A stretch of DNA of 64,000 bases from Neodothiora populina (Eukaryota), in NCBI RefSeq assembly GCF_041146345.1, contig NW_027191408.1, positions 558,001 through 622,000 of the forward strand. The letters run 5' to 3'. The notes beneath the pieces are model-generated. The model was given only the letters and a program-made list of their open reading frames with translations. It searched no databases and was not told the origin of the DNA. How positions within the stretch are numbered: position 1 is the stretch's first letter; every line of letters begins with the position of its first letter. The position numbers were made by a program, and so were the translations under genes. Below, piece by piece: positions 24,573 through 36,429 of this stretch.

Positions 24573-26358
24573 TCAACACCTCATGAACATCTTGTAGACT
24601 GCATTGTCCGTCTCCTCGTGGTAGCCGTAGCCAAGGTCGACGAGGAATTTGTCCAGTTCTGCCTCTTGGCCTTTAGGGCACTGGATACCCGCAAGCACCC
24701 TGCCGACATCGCCTCCATAGTTTCTGTAGTGGAATAGGGAAATGTTGAAGCCGGGCTGCAGAGTCGTGAGGAACTTGACCAAGGCGCCACCTCGCTCGGG
24801 AAACTCGAACGCGAAGATACGCTCGTCAGCGGCCGCGCTACGCCCGCCGACCAGGTAACGAATGTGTGACTTCGCAATCTCGTCATTGCTGCAATCGGCG
24901 GCTGTCATGCCCTCCTTGGCTAAGCGCGCGATCAGGTCCTTCAGATCTGCTTGACGAGACATGGCAGACAGTTGCACGCCGAGCAGGATGTTGGCCTCGG
25001 CGGCGGAGGCGTAGCGATAGCAGAACTCGGTCACGACCATGGGCGAGACGATAGAGATGAGCTTGGCGAAGGCACCGGGCATCTCGGGAATAGTGACAGA
25101 GAGAAGGGCTTCCTTCTTCTCTCCCAAGGCGGCACGCTCGGCGACGAAACGGAGTCGGTCGAAATTCATGTTTGCGCCAGAGGCAATGGCGACGAGCTGT
25201 CTCTTGGGGTCGGGAGATGGGTTCTTTGCGACATACTTCTTCAAACCCGCAAGGGACAAAGCACCGGCAGGCTCAAGAATGGAACGGGTATCTTCGAAAA
25301 CGTCCTTGATGGCAGCGCAGATCTCGTCGGTGGTCACCTGAATAACATCGTCGACGACCTCGGTAGCCAGTCTGAATGTCTCTTGACCGACGGTCTTGAC
25401 AGCAGCACCGTCGGCAAACAAACCGACCTCGTTGAGAAGCACACGCTTACCGGCCTTGAGCGACTGCACCATAGCGTTTGCATCGTAGGTCTCAACGCCG
25501 ATGATCTTGACGTGAGGTGCGATGCGCTTGATATAGACACCGATACCACTGATCAGACCACCTCCTCCAACACAGCAGAATATAGCCTCAAGCTTGGTGA
25601 GATCAGCTTGGCGCACAATCTCCATACCGATAGTGCCCTGGCCAGCAATGACATAAGGGTCATCAAATGGTGGGATGTTGATGAGGCCATGCGCATCAGC
25701 TAGACGGGCGCATTCGGCCTTTGCCTCGTCAAAGTCAGCACCGTGGAGAACAACAGTGCCGCCCAAACGTGAGACATTGCTGTGCTTGATGGCCGGGGTT
25801 CCCACCGGCATGGTGATGGTGGCTGGGATCTTGAGTTTGCGCGCTGAGTAGGCGACACCCTGGGCGTGGTTTCCGGCGGAGCAGGCGACGACGCCCTTCC
25901 ATTTCTCTTGTGGCGTCAAGTGAGCCATCTTGTTGTAAGCTCCTCGTAGCTTGAAGCTGAAAACAGGCAGGAGGTCCTCCCTCTTGAGGAGGACATCGCA
26001 TTCAAGACGGTTAGATATGTTGACTGCCTGAGTGAGCGGCGTTTCTTTAATAACATCGTAGACTCGTGATGTGAGAATCAAGCGCAAGTACTGTGATACA
26101 TGTCAACATCTGACGCATTGAAGGGTTTATAGGCCGATGGATGGGACGAAGAGGGATGATGGAAGGAAGGACAGCATTTACATCAGGGTAGCCATTGGGC
26201 AACAAGAAGGCTTCAGGAACACCAGCAGTCACAGTCTTGTCTTTTGGTGTTTGCGACGGAGGAGAAGGATTGGTAGCATATTCCGTCAAGCTCAGTGAGT
26301 TGACAGCAGGGGTCTGCGGCCGAGAAAGGCCATTAGGCGTTGCGGTCGCGTCAGTCAT
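24573..26358 (-). CDS. ILV1: Biosynthetic threonine dehydratase (threonine ammonia-lyase)
   Basis: PLP lysine motif [24 protein letters not shown] and two C-terminal regulatory ACT-like repeats. Exon 26358-26182, intron 26181-26091, exon 26090-24573. A possible upstream micro-exon is discussed in the findings. Confidence 0.96.
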
Positions 26359-26458
26359 AGTATGTGTAGTCCTGTGTAACTCAAGCAGGCAACGAGCAGT
26401 GATAGATAATACAAGGCGAAGGGGAGGGCGGACTGCAGAGATAAGAAGACACAGGAAT

Positions 26459-26465
26459 TGAGTCA
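26459..26465. promoter_or_regulatory. Gcn4/CpcA (cross-pathway control) element TGACTCA
   Basis: Exact TGA(C/G)TCA about 100 bp upstream of the ILV1 ATG at 26358; ILV1 is an amino-acid biosynthetic gene. Confidence 0.55.
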
Positions 26466-27001
26466 GCAATAATGCAGAGTGACCGTACAGTAGCAGAATA
26501 GCAGGCAATTGTTTCACAGCTTCGAGTCCAACTCGGGATCCATTCACACATGCGTCAACGGCCTACGACAAAACACCATCAAACACTCCCGATTGCGGGA
26601 TGATATCTTTTTCTCGAGCTAAGTGATTGGGCGGTCAACCGTATTGGAGATAGCCCGTTTCCTGCATGAGGTGATGTCGACTGCGAAAATCTCCTTGATC
26701 GCCCCCTCCGTGAGAAGCCGTAGGGCTGGCATGGCCGAAGGTGGCCGAACTCGAGGTGTCGGCCCGGATCACGGAAGAGGAAACAGCAGCCCTAGAGATG
26801 GTGAAGCTTGGGCCATCGACATCATCACTTTAGCTCCGGAGGGAAAGTCGCCCGCTTAGTGGTCGAGATGCAATCAATCCATCATAATAAGTCTTCAATC
26901 TATCCGCAATATCACCTTTCTGTGCCTTTGCGGAGTCTGCAATTGACCAGAATCCATAACATTGCGCGGGCCGCAAAAATAGCTATCTATCTCCCACAGA
27001 C

Positions 27002-27648
27002 ATGAATTCCGCGCCGCCGCCATCCTCCTTCGACAATGACCTGTATGCAACACCCGATCCACGATGGTATTCTTCGCCTTCCTTAGCTCTCACTGACTGT
27101 AAACCAGCGACTTCTACGAAGAGTCACGATGGCAGAAGCTCAAGCGTCGTCTTGTCGAAGAACCCTTGATTCCTCTCGGATGCGCCTTGACTTGCTGGGC
27201 CCTCTACGAAGCCACGGCATCCATGAAGGCCGGTGACCACCACCGTACAAACCGCATGTTCCGACGCCGTATCTATGCCCAGGGATTCACCCTGCTCGCC
27301 ATGGTCGCTGGCTCGGCTTACTGGAGTGGAGATAGGGCCAAGCGCAAGGAGTTTGAGGGTCTTATTGACGAGAAAAAGAAGAAGGAGAAGCACGAGGCTT
27401 GGATCAAGGAATTGGAGATCAGAGACCAGGAGGACAAGGACTTCACTGCCATGAAGCGAAGAATAGCCCAGGGCCGTGCCGCCGAGGAGAAGGGTCTTGA
27501 CGAGAACAGAGCGAGAACTCTCGAGGCCAATATCCGCCCCGACAATGGCAGCGGCAGCATTCGCAGCGCCCTCGAGGCTAGCGAATCGAGGAACAACACA
27601 GGCGTTCTGGCCGCTGCCGTACGATTGTGGGAGAGCAGCAGGAGGTAA
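27002..27648 (+). CDS. RCF1: Respiratory supercomplex factor 1 (HIG1 domain)
   Basis: PPPSSFD…DFYEE…KLKRRLVEEPLIPLG…NRMFRRRIYAQGFT…WIKELEIRD. Exons 27002-27042 and 27108-27648. Confidence 0.93.
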
Positions 27649-28283
27649 GGCGGCACAAAGGACATCAGCTCACGACTTCTGTACAAATATTCATCATTTT
27701 ATCATCCTCACACATCTTATATCTCATAAAGTAGTACTTATTCAGTCTCCTTCCTTCTCTGAAACCGCGCAATTATGTGCGCAGAGAACAACTGAGCGAA
27801 GATATCCATTGAACGAATACACAACTGTGAAACCACATGAGAGCAAGTGTCGCGTGATCAGCATGACAGCCTTGTTCGTCTAACAAATCCCTCTTGCGCC
27901 GCCCCACCCGCTTGCAACAACTCGCGCCAAGAATACCATTTCATGGCTTCGTCACCAATAAACCACCTGTTCGCTTTTTCACAGATTGCTGTATGCCAGT
28001 AGTATTTGTAGCGCCCACTGACCCATGTTTGCTGTCAATTCAGTATGATCGCGTGCACTTGAAAACCTATTCGGGAAGGCTCGACGTGTTCACGGATCCG
28101 GCCAAATCTTCTAATTTCGCATGCTGACAACATTCGCCTCAACCATAATCGGGCTTTGCGAAAGCCCTGTGCTGTGCCTATTAACCATACTTTTTCGAAG
28201 TGCGAGTCCAGAAAATACGATATGAGTATTAGTTTGAGACCTTTGCCTTCTGTCATCTCGGGTCGCAACCTAGCAACGCCGGT

Positions 28284-31200
28284 ATGGCCTCCGCGTCGAC
28301 CCCATCATCCTCACTCACGAGATATCCTCGTTGGGTGTGGGCTCTCACAGGCTTAGCAGCCGCATATGCCACCTATACCATATGGACTACTTTCGATTCG
28401 CCCCCTCGATCCAATTCATCTGGTTTGCATCGCAGAGCTGCCGTTCGACAAGCCAGGCGTCGCTCGCCGCAACAACAGCAGCAGCAACAGGAACAACAGC
28501 AACATCTGTCTGCCAACATGCATGCTTCGACGCGTCCGCCAACCTCTGCTGAAGATGCGTCGTCCCCGTTTGGTACCATTACTGCTCAAGTGAACAACAG
28601 TAAGTCTCGGACCTTGTCTTCGGCCCTGCATGGTAATATACTAAACATCACTCAATAGGCGAAAGTATCTATGAGATTGGACCTAGACCTCCTTCATTAC
28701 AGCAATTGGAGCGAGACTTCAACCTCTCTGGTGCTACTTTGCTCCGTATCCATGCCGACATGCAGCACGTGCTCCTTGATATCATCATTGAGCGACTTGT
28801 GGAGTCGAACTCAGAGGAGCTCTTTGGCTCTTGCGGTCCTGTCTATCGTTCACTGCTGCCTCTGATCGTGCCTTTGAGAGACAAGAATATTGTAGATCTG
28901 TTGGGGCTGACTAGTCTACTTGCAAGTCCGGGTCGTGCAGACTCAGAGGCGGACCCAGAGACTGAGTGGCGATTCGAACAGGCAAATGTCGCGCTAGCTT
29001 TCGCGAGACGTTGCGGCATCGACGTAGAACGAGGAAACCGTAGTCGACTGGACGACATAGATGGCTTGGATATTGACCTGGCTGAGACTGTTTTGGACTC
29101 GGATGCTGGGGGTAACACTCACCAACCTGGCCAAGGGTGCGTAGAATCAATCACCAATCTCCGCTTGGACTTGCATAGCTGACACGTACGACAGTATCAT
29201 GGGCCTCTTGTACACAATCGCCGAGGAGCAAGCTAAAAGAGGTGCCTACATTCACAGAGGGACTCGCTGCGACTCATGTGGCGAATTTCCCATCCGCGGT
29301 GTTCGCTGGCATTGCATCAATTGTCCAGATTATGATCTTTGTTCCAATTGTGAAAGTCAGTCACCAGGTGTCCATCCACGCACACACGTCTTCGCCAAGA
29401 TCAAGATTCCTATCGCAACATTAGCTCAGCCGCACGAGGTACACGATCTCTGGTATCCGGGAGACCCTATAAGACACTGGTCGCCGCTGCATGGAAGCCT
29501 CAGAAAAAGACTCGTCGCGGAGACAGGCTTTGAGGATGTGGCATTGGAGGCTTGTTACGAGCAATTCACATGCATAGCGAACGTTCCTTTCCCAGACGAC
29601 CCCGCTCACATCAATGCTGCTATCGACAGACGCGCCTTCACCAAAGCTATGAGTAGTGATAAGTGGCCTGCGCCCGTGGAGCCGAACTACCTTTTCGACC
29701 GCATGTTCAAATTTTACGACACGGACAATAATCAGCTCATCGATTTTGAGGAGTTTGTGCATGGTCTAGCCTACCTGCGTCAACCCTCCGGCCTTCAAGG
29801 ACGAAAGCGCAGGAATATGGATAGGATACTGCAAGGTTACGATGCAGACGACGATGGACTGCTCTGTCGCGCAGACTTTGTGCGGATGTTCAGTGCCAAA
29901 TACGCGATCCAGAGACATATCATTCACGACATAATTACCGCCGAGGAAACCGAGATTCTGGCTCACACAGGCGATATTATTCGCTCCAGCCAGCCCATTT
30001 CTGCTGCGTTCACCGGTGAGGATGTTCCGTACGGCGAGCGCAGAGAGCCCACTATGAAGAGGCAGGACGAGTATGGTGATTTTCAGGTGACGGAAGAATA
30101 CCCATTTAGGGAGCCAGTCTTGCCCAACGGCGTAGAGGTTTGGGACCAGTCCACTATTAATTCTGTAGCAAGACGCTACGATCGACTCGAAGATATAGTG
30201 CGAGAAGGAGACCCTCTATCGCCAGCGCGCGCTGAGGAAATACGGCGGAGATATAACAGAGTGGAGAGCTGTCCAATTGTCGCTGAGCCCGACATTGAAG
30301 GCGTGCTCGACGACTATGGCGAGCCCAGGTATCTTGTTGAGACCGATTCAAGGACGAATCGAGGACGGAGCGATCTCCAATCCGCAGAGGCAAGATGGAG
30401 AACTGACCTGATCGACGCGATTTCGGGTGGAGCTGCTGGGTTTCTTGACGCGGAAGACACCCACGACGACTTACACACCACCATACAGAACGGTCACGCC
30501 ACAGGAAAGGAAGCAGAGCCAGCTCACATGTCTCTGAATGGGACTATCAGCGAGGAAACTGATCATGAGAATAATGGAGAAAGCCAGTTCCCGGACTTCA
30601 TCCTCTCCCGTGGTCGTGCATACGATGTACCCCATACCGAAGTTGACTCTGGCAGTGAGGTCTTGTACCAAGTCATACAAGACAGCATCAATGAGCTGAT
30701 TGACCCTCTGTTTCGTGAACGCGAAACCCTCGGGGCCGACGTACGCGCGACCAGATCAGAAAGGAGACGATGGAGAAAAGAGATTAATCAATACGTCCAG
30801 GATAAGAAGGCTTTCCAAGAAAAGACGAGAGCTGGAGCCGCAGATCCCTTGATCGCAATGGCTCTGGAGTCCTCTCGAAATCGGAGACAAGATCCAAGAC
30901 AAGAGAGCAGACGAGCTGCCTCGATTCCACGGTCCTCACTCGGAAGTCTTGGCTCAGTCGCATCGTCATCACCATCTCACCATACAGGACCAAGCAGCCC
31001 GGACCTACCACAACCGCCAGCAGAGCACACAGCCGAAGAACCGCAAGACATCGCAGCAGAAATACGCGCTCGAATCCAGCATCAGAACGAAGCTCTGCCG
31101 ACTGACGACGAGGGCATCGAGAACCTCGAGCGAACAATCCGCCAACAACCCTTGGACGACCTACTTGCCAGTGCAGGCTATAGCATAGCGTCGCCGATTG

Positions 31201-31757
31201 AGGAACGCCCAAGCGTATCGGTAGATGACCGGACGATCGCACGCAGCGCAGCGCCTTCCCCATCTCCAGCCAGAGAGGATAGTGACAACACCACGCCTGC
31301 GGATTCGCTTGACGAGATGCAAGATCTAGATCCCACTCTGCCGCAGAATCGACCTAACTCTGAGATACACATGCCTACATTGAACGGTCATCAAGAAGAC
31401 AATGCTGCGCGAGAGACTGAAGAGGAACCGATGCGTCTTTCCCCATCATCGCCACCTACGCCCTTACCACCAGGTCTATCACGAGCGTCATCCGCATCGT
31501 CCGCAAACAGTCTCGACGTTCACTATAGACTCGGAAACAGCAACGACAGAAACAATAACGAGGAAGACTATGCGAGTCCTCCATCTTCAGCACGTCTTGA
31601 CTATCTGCACCGACTAGACGAAGAGGAAAGGAGAATATTGGTCAGAGGAGGTCCGGGACGATTGACGTTCGAAGAGGTCGAGGAGATTTGTCGGAGGGAT
31701 AATAACAGGGGTATACTTGAGCTCGTAGAGAGTTGGCTAGAATGGGCTGGCTTTTGA
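28284..31757 (+). CDS. Membrane-anchored ZZ zinc-finger + EF-hand protein
   Basis: N-terminal hydrophobic anchor, poly-Q, ZZ finger CDSC…HCINCPDYDLCSNC, EF loops DTDNNQLIDFEE and DADDDGLLCRAD. Exons 28284-28599, 28659-29136, 29195-31757. Confidence 0.88.
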
Positions 31758-31991
31758 TCGACGACTATCACCGTAGGAGCAGAGGAATATCATACGGCAT
31801 TATACGAGGCACATTGTATCGTTATCAATCAGTATAAAAGAGCTGCGCAAATGAAATCGAGAATTTGATCACTGATCAGTACTTTACGTGAACGATGAAG
31901 AGACCGTATTCCACAGCGACCCCGACAAGATTATAGAGTATGGAATATCATCCAGGCGCTTTCTCATGAAACGTTACGAAATGGGGTCCAT

Positions 31992-32671
31992 TCACGCAAT
32001 CTGTTCAGAAACAGTCACTTCGACCAAGCCGGCAGTCAGAGTCGTCCCATCAGCACAGCTCGACGCCTGAAAGTTCACCTTCGCATGCCCAAACGCAGTA
32101 ACGAACCAATACGGATACGGCCCAACTCTGTCCACACTAATCAACTTTACTTTTCATCGCCGCAGCCATCCAATCACGCCTCTGCTCCCAGAGAAACTCT
32201 GGCAGATATCACCTGCACTCGAGGAAGGAAGTGGTACTTACGCTGGATCGATATACGTGCGCTTCACATCCAGAACTCCGCTGGGTCCGAATCGGTATGA
32301 GACCGTGTTGTTTGCGCAGGGATAGTAAGTGTCTGCGTCGATGGCGCTACCGTTGCTTCCTGGGGGCGGGACATGGTGGCAATCTGTTTCGAGCTCGAGA
32401 CCTGCAGCCGAGATTGTAAGCATACCGCAAATATCATCATACATGGACGAAATATGAATTTACCTGGACTCGTGTCGCTGAAGTTGACGCTGAAGGAAGA
32501 GGGGTTTTTTGGGGAGCTTGGAGAAGCGGCGGTGTATAGAGATAAGTTTGTCAGAGCCCACGGGATATTCTCAGTGATGCGTTTGCTTAAGGTTGCTGGT
32601 AGAGCATTTGTTAGAAGAATATGGTATGATTAAAGTAGGGAGATGAGAACGGAGAGGGTGCTGTAAAACAT
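31992..32671 (-). pseudogene. Small secreted protein gene (~167 aa, effector-like) with premature TAA at codon 14
   Basis: Exons 32671-32464, 32401-32242 and 32127-31992 join in phase through GTAAAT..CAG and GTAAGT..CAG. Product: MFYSTLSVLISLL*SYHILLTNALPATLSKR-ITENIPW…TDC…YYPC…YIDPAVGPYPYWFVTAFG…EQIA*. The stop is at 32632-32630 and there is a TATA-like motif near 32761-32766. Confidence 0.75.
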
Positions 32672-33727
32672 GTTGGAGTTTTAGTCGATGTTGCCCGGTG
32701 AGATTGGAAGTAATTTCACCAAGTGATAATCGAAACTGTCCTTTGGTTCATCCTAAGACTTATATACATACCTACCCTAGGTCTTTATATACTCGACCGA
32801 TGCGTTGATCAGAAAGGAAAGAGCAGGCGGTGAGGTTAGCCGAAGAGACACACAAGATGCACTGCCCACCTTGGTACAAAGGCATGTGTCGTACGAAGTA
32901 CTGTACATATCCACTTTCTTGGCCACCGCGGGTAAGAGATGCAAAAGTGAGAATTGCAACCTCAAATGAGCCCCTTGCATCGGCATCTGTAGTTTGCCTG
33001 TCACAAAGACTACGGCTAGGGTGTCACTAATTACGAAGTCAACTATACCCTAATTGGCGTTGAGAGGCCGCATCTATTAGAAAACACAGTCACCTCGAAC
33101 ACACTCGGCCCTCGAGTCTTCCTGTGCCCCATCATAGTCCGAAGGGTCTGCAAGTGCAGCACAAGTCATGCACCGTGCTTCAACAAGCAAGGTGCTAAGG
33201 ATCCTACCCCAAAGGCGATCAATACTGCCTCTGGACATGCGGAGTGCTATGACAAGTTCGGTGTTGCACCTGACGACAGAGAGCTCGAGCAATCTCGGTT
33301 GGTCTACGATGGAGAAGTTGTTGCGCTGGAGCGTAGATGATCGTCGTCATTCTGACTGAATGCAAGAGAAGCGTTCTTTCTCTTCTCTCCCACCTCAAGT
33401 TCGTCGTGTGTCTAATGATAAAAGTAACAGGTGTGATATGCCCCAACTCGTGTGTCCGTGCTACGAGTGACAGTCAACAAAGACCATTAGAATGAGATGT
33501 CCAACAGGGACCAAAACACGCCTCAATCTTCGGTATTATGGAGTGAGACCATGCCAAGGAATGGTATGCTTGGCGTCCTACATCACCTTGTGATTTAGTG
33601 ATTTGTATTATTCCATCGGTGTAACCAAAGGGCTTGGTGTTGGATGCGTTCGTCTTGCTCACAGTATGTATAGGTATTATCAGATCGCTTTGTGACAAGC
33701 ACACTCGTGACATAATGGTGCATCACA

Positions 33728-35244
33728 ATGAGAACACCCGACACATTGCAGCGGTCGATATCGCCTCCTCAGATACGAATGGTGGCAAGGTCGATCGCCA
33801 TACGGAACCAAGACGAGCGAGATGAAACTGCTACGGTCTCGCCAGATGAGCCCCAGCCTACTCTTGCTGCTATAGAAGCTGGTGAGGTACAGATTCGAGA
33901 TCATCTGGCCTATTTCGCTGCTCATCTGAAGGCTGCATGTCGTATGCCAGTCCCCAACTCTCCACGCTTGTCAATCGACGAATGGAAGGGACTGTATACT
34001 AGAAATCAGCACAGACATGGTCGTCACTTTGTTGTGCATCAGCACGACCACCCAATATCAGGTGAATAGACTTGATTCGCGTTGATAGCGAGACTCGTAC
34101 TTCTGATCGTTCGATCGTATCACGAATGCTTGTCGGTGCTTCATTGGGACGTTCCAGGCTGACTGGTGTGCCTTGAACATAGGCGTGCATTATGACTTGC
34201 GTTTGCAGTTCTCCAGCGATAGTTCGATAAGTTTTGCGATACCATATGGCTTGCCCGGTAACCCGAACTCGACAAGACCAATGAGGATGGCCATCGAGAC
34301 ACGAGTACATTGCTTGTGGGTATGTTTCTTCTCCATGAATGCTTAGTGCATGCACTGTGTCCGAGATGTGGACGACGTCCGCCGTCCGTCAGTAATGGCG
34401 TTGCATGTTCCAATCATGAACCAAATCTTACCTGTTTCGCCAGAATCATCTCATCGAGTCAGCATCCCATGCCACAGGACCACTGCTAATCTGGGACACG
34501 GGCGAATACGAAATCATCGAACCTCAAAAGGCGAAAGCAGTGCAACCCGAAACAGACTCGGATGACTCTAGCGATCCTGAGCAAGCCAATAATGGCACAA
34601 GGCTGACTGATAGTGAAAAGCTCAATATAGCCTTCGGAAGGCGACATATACGACTGCGCCTGCATGGAACTCGACTTCCACAAGGCTACACTGTAGCGTT
34701 GCGTTTGCCATCAGCGAATGACACCAGTGGCGATCTACCGAAGAAACCCAAGTTCAGACCTCGCAAACGCACAAAGTCTCATGCTTCTCGTACACTTACT
34801 GTCGAGACCACTGATAGCGACAGCGAAATGTTACACAAGTCCGACGACAGACGCAGTTCACAAGATATCAACAAAGAAACTCTCGGGAGTGATGAAGCTG
34901 CTTTGGCCTTTGATGATGATGCCGAAGACGATCTCATCAGAGCCAATAATGCTTACCCTGGCGCGACGAACACGATAGGGTCTATCCATCAAAGACGCTG
35001 GTTTCTCTCCTTGGACAAGGAGCACTCGGGATTTGTCCGATCAGTCAGAACAGGTAGATGGACACACTCAAGCATAACCGTGGACAGTGTAAGCCAAAAG
35101 GATAGCGGTCAGCAGACCTTTTTCGTGCTGGGCAGAGATCACGAGAGAAGCGTGGTGACTGGGCGCTTGGCGATGGAGGTCATGGAAGATCAAGGCGTGA
35201 CCATGTACAAGGGCAGGAAGATGTGGCGTGCAATTACAGAATGA
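33728..35244 (+). CDS. Stand-alone DNA ligase D-type 3'-phosphoesterase (LigD PE domain) protein
   Basis: The spliced product contains FVVHQHDHPISGVHYDLRLQ…GLPGNPNS…RMAIETRVHCLWNHLIESAS…LIWDTGEY and RLHGTRL. Exons 33728-34061, 34183-34319, 34444-35244. Confidence 0.85.
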
Positions 35245-35512
35245 CCAGTCACGCAACGTGTAGGCCGGGCTTGCATCACTTCGATTTGCTTGATAGAGGA
35301 TGGTAGATCTTGAGCGCTTCGAAAAGCCAAGTGTTACGAAGCATTGTTGTCTAGCATACCGGATACAGCTATCTCAGCAACTCGTTGTGGACCCATAGGT
35401 GCTACGTGACTGTGGTCCTTTTGTGTCCATATGAAACTAGGTGGCAAGCGACGTCTTACCTCCTTCATTGTTCTATCGTCTATTGTGTCGTCTTTGCCGA
35501 CTCTCCGCTGAA

Positions 35513-36429
35513 TCAACTTTTCTTCCTGGTAGCACCACCATCCACTGTGAGATCCTGGCCAGTCACAAAACCCGCATTTGCCAAGTACTCTGCAGCATCT
35601 GCGATGTCTCTTGGTCGACCAGCACGATTGGTCGGCAGGTCACCGACGTCTTTATCTTCGTTCTGCTCTTCCCAGCCTGTTCCTTGTTCATCGCCGACTT
35701 TACACTCATGAGCGACCTTGATCCGACCGGGGGCGATGAGGTTTACCCTGATCCCAAGATGTGCCAGACTGATAGCCATGCTGTGCGTCAAGCCGATTAG
35801 TCCGGCCTTGGTACTGGCGTAGCCCTCCTGGTTCGGATCACTCTGGAGAGCTCTGAAGCTTCCCACGTGTATGATGCAAGGTCCAGCATCACTGGCGGAT
35901 GTGCTCGAGGCGCTGCTTTGATCGTGGCGCATATATGGGAGACAAGCTTGGGACACCACGAAAGGGGCCGTCAGGTTGGTCTCGATGTAGCTGATGAGGC
36001 ACGAGATAGATTAGATCAGTGTTTGCCATAGCACGCCATACACCAACAGAGGCTTTTAACGCAGAGAATCGTGATTGTGACTGACGCCTGCCACTCGACC
36101 AACGTGTCCATGTTATCCATCATCTTGCCATCCTTCCACCGAGGCGCAGCAATACCCCCGTTATTGACCAACACATCGACCCGACCATTCAGAAACTCCG
36201 CAGCCTGGACGACCTGCTTCCGTATATCTTCAACGTCTCGCAGGTTGCACAGACTCGAGCTCAAAGTGCCAGCCTCGAAGTACTGCTTCAGATGTGAATG
36301 GACAGTGTGGTCGAGTTCTTCCTGGTCGATGTCGAAGATGTATACGCGGTAGCCGAGCTCGCAGAACCGACGGACAAGACACCTGCCTATACCTCTTGCT
36401 CCACCGCTAATGAGTGCACTTTTGGCCAT
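35513..36429 (-). CDS. Short-chain dehydrogenase/reductase
   Basis: SGGARGIG Rossmann motif, LVNNGG, YASTK (YxxxK), VTGQDLTVDGG. Exons 36429-36086 and 35990-35513. Confidence 0.92.

Noticed and set aside
26359..26547. GTG-initiated 63-codon N-terminal extension of ILV1 as shown in the ORF track
   Set aside because: The GTG coincides with a plausible splice donor and the 5' part reads like intron sequence. The spliced micro-exon model or the downstream ATG explains it better.
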